From Camelus ferus (lineage: Eukaryota), in assembly GCF_009834535.1 (NCBI RefSeq), contig NC_045697.1:81718001-81782000 (forward strand): a DNA stretch of 64,000 nt, given 5' to 3'. Positions 11,406 through 24,320 of the stretch are shown here, one piece after another (the stretch's first letter is position 1; each line of letters opens with the position of its first letter). The notes beneath the pieces are model-generated. The model did not search any database and was not told the DNA's origin. It was given only the letters and a program-made list of their open reading frames with translations. The position numbers and the translations under genes are program-made.

Positions 11406-11847
11406 AGAATAAAATACTGCCATTGCAGCAACATGGATGGAGGATAAACCTAAAGATTGTCATTCTAAGTGAAATAAGCCAGAAAGAGAAAGAAAAATAC
11501 CATATCATATCACTGATATGTGGAATCTAAAAAAAATGAACTTATTTACAAAACAGAAATAGACTCTCAAATATAGAAAACTAACTAAGGTTACCAAGGG
11601 GGAAAAGGAGGGAAGGGATAAACTGGGAGTCTGAGATCTGAATATACTAACTACCATATATAAAATAGATAAATAACAAGTTTCTACTATATAGCACGAG
11701 GAATTATATTCAATATCTTATAGTATCCTATAATGAAAAAGAATATGAAAAGCAGTATGTGTATGCATATATATGATGGAAACATTTTGCTGTACACCAG
11801 AAATTGACACAACATTGTAAACTGACTATACTTCAATTAAAAAAAAA
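11406..11847 (+). mobile_element. 5'-truncated L1 3' end (younger, camelid/cetartiodactyl type)
   Basis: gcagcaacatggatgg...gtcattctaagtgaaataagccagaaagagaaagaaaaataccat...ttgacacaacattgtaaactgactatacttcaatt, then poly(A); visibly similar to the 3' end at 21810-22230. Confidence 0.9.
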
Positions 11848-12295
11848 AGAATGAAATATTACCATATGCAGCAACATGGATGGACCTGAAGACTCATACT
11901 AAGTGAAAGAAGTCAGGCAGAGAAAGACAAATATTATATATCACTTATATGTGGAATCTAAAAAAAAAACCAAAACACAAATTAACTTATTTACAAAATA
12001 GAAACAGACTCATAGATACAGAATACACATTTATGGTTACCAAAGGGGAAGGTGGAGGGAGGGACAAATTAGGAGTATGGTATTAACAGATATACACCAC
12101 TATAATAAAACAGATAAACAAGAAGGATTTACTGTATAGCACAGGGAACTATATTCAATATTGTGTAATGACCTATAACTGAAAAGAATCTGAAAAAAAT
12201 TTATATGTATAAGTGAATCACTTTGCTGTGTACCTGAAACTAAGACAATACTGCAAAACAATTATAGTTCAATATTTCAGGAAATAAATTAAAAA
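11848..12295 (+). mobile_element. 5'-truncated L1 3' end (second, different subfamily)
   Basis: gcagcaacatggatggacctgaag...actgtatagcacagggaactatattcaata...gaatcactttgctgtgtacctgaaactaa. Confidence 0.9.
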
Positions 12296-14819
12296 TTGCA
12301 TTATTTGAAATCCCCCCCAAAAAGCATATGTACACAAACAGATAACTCAATATTGTGCCCTGCATGTATCAGAAAAGCATTACCAACATCTCTGATGAAA
12401 TCTATATCTCTCATCCAAGAGTTTCTATTTCTTAGTCATGAACTATTACTTAGAGGCAATTAAATAATCAGTGAAAATATGAGGTTATATTATAAAAATG
12501 ATACAGTGATATGAGATTGTGTATAGTATTTCACAAACACTATGTACATAAAAAACAAGGAAATAGAAAGTAGGAAGTTACAAGTGAATAAATTAAAACC
12601 AAAGCCAATAATATGTCATATTACATATGACAAACATGTGATAATATGTCACAAAGACTTATGTCATAAATCCAAAACAGTTGCTAGATTATTGCAAAAT
12701 CTTGTCTCAGAATTTTCTACTAGTCATTACAAAATAGAAACATAGTTTTAAGATCCACAGGGGGAAAAATGTGATTTGAAGTTACACAAGCATTTTTTCT
12801 TCTTGCTTTGAAATAAGATATTACTTTTTCAATGTATTTTAAAAGAGATATTGAATAATAAAATGGACAATATCACCAAGTGTCATTCCTAAATTTTTTT
12901 TAGAAAATATATTCAACATTTCCTTTCAACCATTCTTCTAGGTTCAATTATGTTTTTCTTTTGACTTTATCAATTAAAATGGCATAATGCCAAAATGTAA
13001 GAGTCAAATTCATCCTTTGAAGGAACAAAATATACAGTCTAAAGTAGTAAATCCAAAATCCCTCCTAATAATGACTGTAATTTATAAGAATGAGAGATTG
13101 ATAATTTAAATCAATGTTGAACATTTTTTCCATTCCAACTTAACATATAGTAAAAATTGAAGAATCTTGTTAAGACTGCATTATATGCAGTAAGTGCGGA
13201 TGCCAACTTAGTCTAGGTCCGTATAGTTTAGTATTCAGTGAACTACATTATGATATGAATAAGTTTAAAAGTAGAGCTTGTATTTTTTGGTGAAAATGAG
13301 TGATTTTAAGGAAACGGAATTTTCATTTCTAATCTATATCAAGATTATTAAGTTGTACCACTTTAGAGATATATTTTTCTATAGACTCACAGACTCAATA
13401 ACATATATCTATTAATTTCTTAGTGGCAAAGTACCTAAAACCTAACGCTCAGTTTCACTAGCGAGTGTCACCATAAAACATACCTTACAATATGTTAATT
13501 TTTTTAATAAAAATACCAGAAATATACAAAGAATCATGTTTCCATGCTCCTGACAGATTAAATTGAGATGTGTATCTTAAATTTATTTAATAAAAATATG
13601 TCTCATACAATTATAACAACTTATTTGTATGTATAAGGCATAGACTTCGTGTTAAAAATATCTTCAAATATTCTATAAATTACATTTGCTCTTTTAAAAA
13701 TTTTTAAATAAATTCCCTTATTAATAAAGCACTTGAGTAATCAAGATAAAATGTAAACAGTGTTATATTTAACTTTTAACTGATTAAAATATGTGGATAA
13801 GATGAAAAAATACAACATGAGAGCACAAAAATGGTCAAGTATATATCATGAATAGTTCTAATTTCCTCTGTAAATGTCAAGTACTAACTCTGTACTTTAC
13901 ATGGAACAAACACTGGAGGGTGCTTGCTAATATACTTCTGAAATGACATTTTCTTAATATGACATTTCTTTTTAACAATAACTTACATTTTAATTAAATT
14001 GGACCATTTTCATTACATGCCAAATATCTCAGTGATGTATATCATCCTCCTTTGTCAGAACTGATAGTTAAAGGTCATGGGCTTAAATAATTATTGAGAT
14101 TAACAGAATTGGTAATTTATGAAAAAAATGGCACATACATGGTAGTTTTTCTTTCAGATAAGTGAAACTTCGTAATGTTTGAATAGATTTGGAAGAAAAA
14201 AATTTAAGAATGAAATGACTCAGATGGTCATTAAAAAAAAAACCCTCCAAATTTGAAAGTTTGATCTATGAACTTTTAAGTTTATACTATCCCTCCGTAT
14301 TTTTAGCTTCATATCTCAGTTTTAAAATAAAGCTGTGAACATACAAGCTGAATTATGTCATAAAAATCCTATTATTTTAAGAAAGATTATGAAAAGTGAA
14401 AAGTATGATTCTTTTATCACACGATGATTCATAATTATAAAAAACAGAATCAGAACAAAATTAAGTTAAAAATTTCTAGCAACAAATGCCTTGGTTGTGC
14501 CATTTTTTTGTTTTAGATAAATTCCTTTTTCATTTTAAGAATTATTCATATGAAGTCTCATCAGATACGATGGCAAACATGAAAAAAATATGACTTCTTG
14601 TAATGATGGAGTTGTTATTCTAGTATTTTATTTTAGCATTGCAGAAGATAAGAAATTATTAAATAACTTCAGATTGTCAAATATACAAAATTAAGATCTG
14701 TCCATACCATTCTGTAACTTTTTATTTAACTCTGATATTTTTATAAATATATTCATTTATTTTTGCAGTTATATTCACATTTTAAAAATTAAAAAGTATT
14801 AATATTTTATAGTCAAAAA

Positions 14820-15190
14820 TCATTCTATTACTTCTGCCTCTCTTTGTCTAATTCCCTCTTCCTGTGTAGATAACCACTGTTACTACTCTATTTTGTATTT
14901 TTTCAAAGTTCTTCATGTGTATAAAAGCAAATAAAATATTCTTTTTGAAAAAATAGATATAATGGTATACAATGCGATGTATTCTGCACTTTTTTTCAGC
15001 TAATATATGTTGGAATGCATTTTAAAAGAAAATTAAAAGAATTCGCTTTTCTATTTGCTGCTTCATATGTTTCATTGCATGGATAAATTTATCATAACAT
15101 ATTTATTCATTCTATAAATAATCATTTTGATCTTTAAGAAATATAAATACAAGCAATGCTGGAATGATTAATCTTGTAGATAGTTATACT
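14820..15190 (-). mobile_element. L1ME-like 3' fragment, antisense
   Basis: gataaccactgttactactc...ttctgcacttttttcagctaatatatgttgga...ttcattgcatggata...acaagcaatgctggaatgattaatcttgta. Confidence 0.6.
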
Positions 15191-15781
15191 ACAGGAGATC
15201 ATTTAAATCAATTAAGAATGAACAAATAAAAATTAATAAATAAATAATGGATATCAATCAATGGTTAACATAAAAGGAAATATAAATGACTGTGAAATAT
15301 ATGAAGGATGCTCAACCTCACTCATACTAAGAGAAATTCAAATGGAAACCACACTAAGATATGACTATTTGCCTATTACATTGGTGAAAAGTCGTATTTG
15401 ATAACAAACATGGAAGGTAAAGATGTAAGTAAACAGGATAAGAAACTAAGTTCTTGCACATGTTAATGGAAGGCGTATAGAGTTAAACAACACTATGAAG
15501 AGTCATATTATCTTGTCCAAATGCTACAAAATGTGTTTAATTTAACCAAAGGTTTGGATGAATGCAAATGTCCCTCAAACAAGAGATTATTTCAATCATG
15601 GTATTATTTATTTAATGTAATATTATCCAGGTATATAAAAAAATGAGGAAACTTAAAACTAGATGATATGCAAGGTTCTAAGACATGTTACTAGTGAAAT
15701 GAACAAGGTGTACAGGTTTATATATATCATATTTTAGTGGAACAATAGGAGAAATCAAGACATATTTGCTTTAATTGTATA

Positions 15782-16493
15782 ATGGTTTTTGCAAATGGTC
15801 TCAAATTCTTCAACAATCCTTCATCAAGACATGAGATGTACATATTCTCCCTCTGAATTTGGTAAGATTATGATTCACTTGTTAACAATGGAATATGTAG
15901 GAAGTGATGTTGTGTGACCAAGGGACTGTTTCATGGACATGCAACCTGTCAGTCACACAGAACCCTCTGTTTATAAGGGTCTCATGTTCAGTTTAACACT
16001 CTACTCTCATAGTCTTGAAATTCTTAATCATTATTGAACAATCTGGGCCAACATTTTCATTTAGTACTGGGTTCAATGTATCACTAGTGAGGCTGGGTAA
16101 TAACATTAATGCTACTTGTACTTTGTTCACTGGAACATTCGTGCTTGGAGTGCTGAGATGCCCTGTGAAAACTCCAACAACCTTGAATACACTGTGTGAA
16201 ATACAAGCTACATGGATGGGCCATGTACATGTGTTCTGATCTACCTTCTAGTCATTTCAGCCAAGGGGCAAAATTCATGAGAGTCTTCAGTGATGCCAGA
16301 AGCCAGCTTCAGGATTACTGGCCTTTGCATTACCCAGGCTCAAGCCGCAGACATCACAGAGTACAGACAGACCATCCCTGCCGTGCTCTGCCGGAACTGT
16401 TGACCTATCTACACTATTCAACTTAAAAAATAAACTGCTGTTTCAAGCCACCAACTTGGGGTAATTTGTTACACAGAAGTAGTAGACAAAACA
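15782..16493 (+). mobile_element. MaLR LTR (MLT1F/G/H-like)
   Basis: aaatggtctcaaattctt...gaagtgatgttgtgtgac...ttgttcactggaacattcgtgcttggag...tgtttcaagccaccaacttggggtaatttgttacacag. Confidence 0.75.
15920..16095 (+). mobile_element. MER91A-like hAT DNA transposon nested in MLT1
   Basis: ttcatggacatgcaacctgtcagtcacacag...gtcttgaaattcttaatcattattgaacaa...gcccacattttcattt. Confidence 0.75.
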
Positions 16494-17565
16494 ATTTACT
16501 TAAGAAACTCTGAAAGGAAATATAAGAAACATTGTAAACAATATTTATTTATGGAGTAGTGAGGTGGAACCCAAAAAATGAGGGGGAGGAGAGGAATGGG
16601 GAGACTCTTTCACTGTGTAGCTTTTTATATGTTTGGATGTTTGAATCATGTGGGTGAATTTTTCTTCAAAAATGAACAGAAATATGAATAAAAATGAAAA
16701 ACTAGAGCTATTATTTTAGGATGTATGGGTTAAAGAGAAAATATTTTAGCATTAATGTAGAGGTGGGGCTTTCTAAATATATCTTGCTGAACACCTGGGA
16801 TCCTTGGATTAAAAAAAGCCTTGTAAAGTTAATTTGTAACTGTACAGTTGGTTCTAGAACTCTAGAGAATTTTACCTAACTACAGAGGTATGTTGTTACA
16901 TTTCAGGGGAAAATGATGCTAGGGACTTTGGGAGACATTTCTAGTTTGTAAAAGCCGTGACACTAGGATTTATCTCACTCTTGAAAAGTTATATTTAGTT
17001 TCAAAAGGTTACTGTGAGAATTCAGAAACCTTTCTATGCCTTCTTTATGAAGCAAAAGTTTTCTCCTTCCTTTTCTTCCTGTATATATGTAGAGATAATC
17101 TATTTTCTCTATCCCTCACTCATGGATTACCATGTTACATGGATTATTTTTCCATCAGGTTTTCATTGCATTGCTCCAGTGTTAAGAACTAAGGCAAGGG
17201 GCACTTATTATTTACTATAAGGTATAAGTAACATGTCTGCGATTCACGATACCTCATGTGCACACTGAGGATAAAGTTAATAAACATTAATATTTAATAC
17301 CAATAGGATACACATATATTTAATAAAAGTATATAAAATTACAAATAAAAGGTCAAATTTTAGAGGTTATTTCAAAGAGACAAGCTGATCTGATTTAAAA
17401 TGGGAGCACAGAAATAAATGCAACAGTATTAGTACAAATGTGTTCTTGAGTGTTAGTATGATGGATGTTCCTCTTATTGTTTTGTTTTATAATTTACATA
17501 TGTGTTTCACATTCTTTATGTATAAAATACTACACACTAAATTAAAGAATATATATTTTCTTCCA

Positions 17566-17700
17566 TTTTATTGATTTTTGATATTTAAGATGTATAGCAC
17601 AGTGATTTGACATACATACATACTGAAAAATTTACCACAATAAGTCTAGTGAATATCAATTATATAGATAAAAAAAAGAAAAAAAATTATTTGCGATGAC
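17566..17700 (-). mobile_element. Short antisense L1 3' end
   Basis: ttttattga...tttaagatgtatagcacagtgatttgacatacatacatactgaaaaatttaccacaataagtctagtgaatatc. Confidence 0.7.
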
Positions 17701-17754
17701 CAAATCCGCCCCCCCCCCCCACACACACAAATTAACTATATACTGCAGAGTCAA

Positions 17755-18000
17755 GAATATGACTTGGAAGGCCAGTTAGGAGGTGACTGTATTTCTCTGC
17801 TAAAAAAAAAATGGTGTCCTGGACTAGGAATGTAAGAAAAGATAGAGATGATGAGATGTGTTTAGATTTGCAATATGATGAATATAACAGTATTTAAAGA
17901 TGGATTAGGTGATCAGTGTGAAAGAGAAGTTTAAGAAATATTACAATATTTTTCACTGAAAAACTAGGTGAATAGTTTTCTAATATGTTGATATAAGCAA
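17755..18000 (-). mobile_element. L2 fragment
   Basis: ggccagttaggaggtgactgta...atggtgtcctggactagg...gatggattagg...ctgaaaaactaggtgaatag. Confidence 0.6.
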
Positions 18001-20248
18001 TACTGCTGGAGCACTACATAGCTAAGGAAATGTCCATTTTTCATAGATCTAATTTTATTCAAAACAAGTTGATAACAATGTACTATGACATTAAAAATGT
18101 AAATTCTTAGCTAAACATGAACATTTGAATTCATGTTGCCAAATTCTGTAGTTCATCTTTAGGATGCAGAGGGCAACTGAACAATATAAATTGTGGTGAT
18201 GAAATGGATAACTATTTTTACAAATCTGTATTTCAGCTAAATATAATTGCTTGTCAGATAAATTTCCGAGGTCTTTTTAAATAACAGTGCTAGAAATTAA
18301 AGAGATCCTCTAACTAAAATTTAGCTGCAAATACATTAATAAATTGTTCAAGTTACAACAATTATGGTCTGTTCCAATGAGGTTTGCTTGGAAAGCAAAA
18401 TACAGACTTAAAAAAAAAACAGACTTAATTTGCACTGAATATTATTTGTTCTGTTTCTCTCTAGCTCCCCCCAAAACTTTTTTTTCCTTCCTGCTTTTCT
18501 GCCTGCCTTCCTCACATTATTTTCAATGGTTTTTACTCACACTGTAAGTACAATAGGCAATTAAGTATCATCTTCCACACTGAGACAGTACTATCTCCTA
18601 TTATAAGGTAATATTAAAATAATGTAATTAAAACTCAGAAGACAGATGATTCATAAAATGATACAGCTTAAGCTAATTAAAAGCATTCAGACTTCATAAT
18701 TTTGTACCTAAAATACATTAAAAATACATTTTGCTAATCCAGTTAGAACCCACTATAAATAGTAATCAAATCAAATATTTATTGAGACATGTGTACTTGC
18801 ATATATATACATAAACACACATACGATCTGCTTTCTTTCTTTTGATTTTCTGTAACATACAAATAAGATACTATATAGCAATAAATTACGTTAATTGATA
18901 ACAGTCATAAAAAATGAGAACTATATGCTCATATTAAAACTCAATCTCATGTAGAAACTAGGTTTATCTCTTTTCCATTATTTAATAACAAAAAGCCTTT
19001 AATATTCCATATCAGTCATTGTTCTTAACACAAACCAAAAAATACTTCAATAAAATTAATATAATTTATTAATAAATACCTGCAAATTGAGAGAATAAAC
19101 AACTGACTTCAAACTCTTTTTAGGAATAGAAATACTACATTTGAAGTGTCTGATAGATAGAAGATAATTAATAGCATTTATTAGTTGAACTAGAATACAA
19201 CAGAAATAAATTATGACTTACATATTAATTTTATAACATAGTTCTAAAACATAGCATACTAAAATAATTTCAACAGTGTTCATTTATCAAGTGAAATTCT
19301 CCCAGTTACACAGACTACAGTCCATTCAACTTATGTCTTTATTCTTGACCTTTCAGGCAAATGCCATTTTCACGATTATAATAAAGAAGCCATATCATTT
19401 CTATTTCTTGAGTAGCTCAAGATTATAGAAAACTTTACCAACAAACTGTAAAAATATCACTTCTATGTATATATACTAATATATGTATAATATTCTTAAG
19501 AATGTTATAATAAAAATCCATCAAGAGACACAGTAAACTGATAACCAGTAGCCATGTCATTTATACATATTTAAGGAAGATAGAATGTGGGTGAGTACTG
19601 TAATAATTCAGAGTTGAGTACCCTCTTGAGAACTGAATCCAATTTTGTTTTCTTAAGGTTTATATTTATTATCTTATAAGGAATGCCCTGAGTGCTAGCT
19701 ACAAAAAGTAAAACTGAATGGACAAATTTGACCTTGAATCCAAGGAACCTAAATAAAGATTACTATTCTCCTGTGTACTAGATTCCAGAGATTACAGGGA
19801 ACAAGTGTAAGAAACTCCATTTAACATACATTTCTAAATTGTTAGATTCTGAAATTTACACTAGGTGATTTGGCAGGGTAATCCTTAAAAAGGATTACTA
19901 CAACAAACATACTGCAATACTTCAAACTGGGTAGGATATAAGTCTGTATTGTGATAGATTGTGACTACAGACATGCTGTAGGGTGATTAGAATCCTTTCA
20001 TAAATATTTTAGCCTTAGCACTGCAAAAGCCATCAAGTATTTGATTGAGTTAGAAGATGTCTGAACGCTGTTAACAGGAGAATAATAGCCCACGTTACAG
20101 TCCTATGGGCATCTGTGCCCTAGAACTAATACAATATTGATCTGGAGAAGTCATAAATGCAATCAACTCGAGTGATTTCTTATGAAAGTGTTTTCTTTCT
20201 TCTGGGAAGGTCCATAATTATTATTCTGTGCAAACCCTACAGAAGTGG

Positions 20249-20304
20249 GATAATAGTGTTCTATTTAGATAACAGTGTTCTAATTTAGATAATAGTGTTC
20301 TATT
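20249..20304. repeat. ~19-20 bp tandem repeat, ~3 copies (GATAATAGTGTTCTATTTA)
   Basis: gataatagtgttctattta / gataacagtgttctaattta / gataatagtgttctatt. Confidence 0.9.
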
Positions 20305-20699
20305 CCTAATAAAACTTGTAAATTTACTCAATTCCTATTTTAGGTTTGTGTACTTTATAAAACTACCCAATTCACAACAGCTATATTCTTAACATTAATG
20401 AAGGAACTATTCTGTGTATCATATAGACTATCTCATACATATACTATTTTTTTCCAATTAGATTTAAGTTCTTTAGAGAAGTTATTTTATTTTCTTTTTT
20501 GGTGGACTTCCTATATGCTGGTTCTTAACAGAAAGAATAACTTGTGGATTATATGCATGTAAGTGTGACATTTATACATATGACTACATATTTATGCATA
20601 TAATATGATATATATCCTATTCTTTAAGATCATTTAACTTTTACCTATACATTCCAAATTCATGAATCTTCATACAAGTGAAGAAAATACTGTAAAAAC

Positions 20700-20947
20700 T
20701 CTGTGGAGTCCTTAGACTTGCTCTGAGCCATTTAATTGTTCTGTTATCAGTATCAGTTTAAGCTTTCTGAGTCTTCATTTCTTCAAATGTAAAATGGGCA
20801 TATCATATATCTATATATTCATATAGATTTATATAATTGGGAAAATAAATTTATTAAAAGCTGTTAGAAGAATAAACAAAGTGATGCATATAGGGCACTA
20901 AACAGTCACGTTCACACAGTAAGTTCTAAAACACGTTGCTATTATTA
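20700..20947 (+). mobile_element. MIR SINE
   Basis: ttaagctttctgagtcttcatttcttcaaatgtaaaatggg...cacagtaagttctaaaacacgttgctattatt. Confidence 0.75.
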
Positions 20948-20968
20948 GGAGAGAAAAAGATAAACTCT

Positions 20969-21910
20969 ACACCATATACAAAAATCAACTCAAAATGAAT
21001 CAAAGACTTAAACATAAGACAAGATACAATAAACCTCCTAGAGGAAAACATAGGCAAAACATTACCTGACATACATCCCCAAAATTTTCTCCTACAAGAA
21101 ATGAAAGCAGGAATAAACAAATGGGACCTAATGAAACTTACTAGCTTCTGCACAGCAAAGGAAACCATAAGTAAAACAAAAAGACAACCTACAGAATGGG
21201 AGAAAATTTTTGCAAATGAAACAGACAAAGGCTTGATCTCCAGAATATATGAGCAGCTCATACGACTCAATAAGAAAAAAATAAACAACCCAATCCAAAA
21301 ATGGGCAGAAGACCTAAACAAGCAATTCTCCAAGGAAGACATACGAATGATCAAAAGGCACATGAAAAAATGCTCATTATCACTAATTATCAGAGAAATG
21401 CAAATCAAAACTACAATGAGGTATCACCTCACACCAGTCAGAATGGCCGTCATTCAAAAATCCACAAATGACAAATGCTGGAGAGGCTGTGGAGAAAGGG
21501 GAACCCTCCTACACTGCTGGTGGGAATGCAGTTTGGTGCAGCCATTATGGATAACAGTGTGGAGATTCCTCAAAAGACTAGGAATAGACTTACCGTATGA
21601 CCCAGGAATTCCACTCCTGGGCTTATATCCAGAAGGAACCCTACTTCAGGATGACACCTGCACCCCAATGTTCATAGCAGCACTATTTACAATAGCCAAA
21701 ACATGGAAACAGCCTAAATGTCCATCAACAGGTGGCTGGATAAAGAAGAGGTGGTATATTTATACAATGGAATACTACTCAGCCATAAAAACCGACAACA
21801 TAACGCCTTTTGCAGCAACATGGATGCTCCTGGAGAATGTCATTCTGAGTGAAGTAAGCCAGAAAGAGAAAGAAAAATACCATATGAGATCGCTCATATG
21901 TGGAATCTAA
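20969..21910 (+). pseudogene. L1 ORF2p C-terminal remnant (cysteine-rich domain; no EN or RT)
   Basis: One frame from [16 protein letters not shown] (single TGA at 20996-20998 where W is expected) through the 269-aa ORF 21101-21910. Contains [18 protein letters not shown] (C-X3-C-X7-H-X4-C) and [12 protein letters not shown]. Confidence 0.93.
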
Positions 21911-22236
21911 AACAAAAAAACAAAAAAGAATCAAACAAACAAAGCATAACTACAAAACAGAAACAGACTCATAGACATAGAATACAAAGTTGTGGTTGCC
22001 AAGGGGGCAGAGGGTGGGAAGGGACAGACAGGATTTCAAAATTGTAGAATAGATAAACAAGATTATACTGTATAGCACAGGGAAATATACACAAAATCTT
22101 ATGGTAGCTCACAGAGAAAAAAATGTGACAATGAATATATATATGTTCATGTATAACTGAAAAATTGTGCTGAACACTGGAATTTGACACAACATTGTAA
22201 AATGATTATAAATCAATAAAAAATGTTACAAAAAGA
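20969..22236 (+). mobile_element. Young 5'-truncated LINE-1 (camelid type) with 15-bp TSD
   Basis: ORF2 C-terminus, 3'UTR, AATAAA and A tail; perfect TSD AAAAAGATAAACTCT at 20954-20968 and 22237-22251. Confidence 0.96.
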
Positions 22237-22519
22237 AAAAAGATAAACTCTTATAAGTTCACATTAAATTTTTTAAAATTCAGAATTAAAGTATCTTAAT
22301 TTAATGAGGTTTAAATGTAATATCAAACTGTAAAAAACCATAATACATACTACTACTACTAATAACAATAATTTGTCATCTTGTATTTAAATTGGTAACA
22401 TTTTCTCTAGATTAAAAAATCTGTACCTATAAATTGTTTATTTAGCAAAATTATATATATATGAAGATATACTACTCAGTCAATAAAAAGAATCAAAAGA
22501 ATCAAATTTTGACTTTTTA

Positions 22520-22840
22520 CAGCCCATGTATGGATTTGGAGGGCATTATGCTAAGTGGAACTAATCAGACAGAGAAAGACAAATAATGTACGATATCACT
22601 TCTTTGTGGAATCTGAAAAACACAACAAACTAGTGAATATAGCAAAAAAAAGAAGCAGACTCACAGATACAGAGAAAAACTAATGGTTACCGGTGGGAGG
22701 TACAAACTACTGGTTGTAAGATAGGCTCAAGGATGTATTGTATGAGATAGGGAATATAGCCAATATTGTGTAATAACTGTAAAATAGGAAGTAATAAAAA
22801 TTGTATAAAATTTTAAAAATTAAAAAAATAAAATAAATCT
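22520..22840 (+). mobile_element. L1 3' end fragment (older subfamily)
   Basis: tggatttggagggcattatgctaagtg...tcagacagagaaagacaaata...gtaagataggctcaaggatgtattgt...gggaatatagccaata, then an A-rich tail. Confidence 0.85.
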
Positions 22841-23499
22841 TAATATGAGTGCTAAGAACCAGTAAGACTGAAAACATTAATAGAGTCATAATTATCAATA
22901 TTTATTTGGACCACATGAAATATATTGGAATATTTCAAAGCAAATATATATAATTCCTCATGAGACACATAAAAATAACAATGTTTCTATTAAAGAACAG
23001 AAATATTAATTGCTCATTTTCTATAATATTTACTTAACATTTATATTAAATATCAATATTTAATCATCTAAAATCAATATATCTTAAATTCTTAGCTAGT
23101 TAAGAAACATTTCTGAAATGGTAATTGACACAACACTGTTTTATTTATTTTATCATCTACAATATGAGTAAATGATTTCTAATATTTTATTTGGGAAAAG
23201 AAAGATAATGTTCTGATTATTCTCCACCTGCATTGTTTCTCTCCCCAGACAGATTTATTATTTGCTGTGTACTTTCCTGTTATGTGCCCAAGAGGCTAAA
23301 TTCTACTAACTCATGTATATTCCTCTGTTGGGGAAGGTAGGTCCAGCTAGTCGCTGGTTAGAGTTCAGAATGCAGAAGGAGAGGTTGGGTCAATTTTTTA
23401 TGCCCACCTACAGCAGCATGTCTCCCTTCTAGCCTACTTTTCCTCTCTCCTTTTTGGATTATTCCCATCAGGATATAAGCATACTCTCTTTATTCCCAT

Positions 23500-24320
23500 A
23501 TAATTAAAAAATAAATCTCTTAATCTCATTACTTATGTTAGCTACTACCATATATCTTTGACACTTCTGTCAAAATTTTTCTCAAAGAAGTTGCCTCATC
23601 TGCCATCTTTAGTTTTTGTCCATTCATTCTTTCTGAATTCAGTCAGTCAGGATTTGATGTTCATGGTCCTAAATCTAGACATTAATTCTCAGGTCTTCCC
23701 TTAATTGACCTAGCAACAGCATTTGGTACAGTTGATTAAGTCTCCTTCTTAGACATTTTCTTCACCTGGCTTCAAGAGCACTCCTATGTCCCTGGTAGAT
23801 CCCTATCATTCTTAATTGTTTGTTATTCTTTTCTCTGACTTTTTAATGTTCGAGTTTCCCATGGTACACACTCGGGTTGTTGGCTTTTCACTTTCTCTAC
23901 TTGTACCATTCTACTGAATTCATCAAGTATCATGATTTTATAATCTCTTTATATATCAATGACACTCAGATTTGTATATATACTCCAGTTATGTGTCCCA
24001 AAGTTTAAACTTACACATACAATGCCCTAATAGAGATTTACAATCAGGTGTCAAAATTGAACTCCCAATGTGCTCTCCCCAGAAATCTGATTCAGGATTA
24101 TCTTTTCACAATTTCATTAATAGTAACTCCCTCATTTTCACATGTTCCTCTGTCCACCTACCTTTCATACCCCACTGAATTTATCAGGAGTCTTTTTTAC
24201 TTTATCTACAAAATGTATTTGAAATAAAGCAGATACCATCTTATCTCCTAATGGGTTTTTTTCTTTCTTATGCTTCTGCATTTTATTCTCAACACAGAAG
24301 CCAGAGCTACTATGGCAGTT
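23500..24320 (+). mobile_element. L2 RT-region remnant
   Basis: attgacctagcaacagcatttggtacagttgat resembles L2 LDLSAAFDTVD; tatatcaatgacactcagatttgtata resembles YADDSQIY. Confidence 0.75.

Larger units (their letters stand above)
15230..16700 (+). mobile_element. L1ME-like ORF2 end/3'UTR interrupted by an MLT1 LTR
   Basis: aaatatatgaaggatgctcaacctcactcatactaagagaaattcaaat before the LTR; tctgaaaggaaatataagaaac...gactctttcactgtgtagctttttatatgtttgg after it. Confidence 0.65.

Noticed and set aside
20249..20304. Short repeat arrays as CRISPR-like structures
   Set aside because: Head-to-tail repeats without unique spacers, in mammalian DNA with no cas genes.
20926..21408. 160-aa minus-strand ORF
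   Set aside because: Antisense frame of L1 ORF2, a common artefact.
21101..21910. 269-aa ORF as a host gene or active retrotransposon
   Set aside because: It is the C-terminus of a 5'-truncated L1 with no promoter, ORF1, endonuclease or RT.
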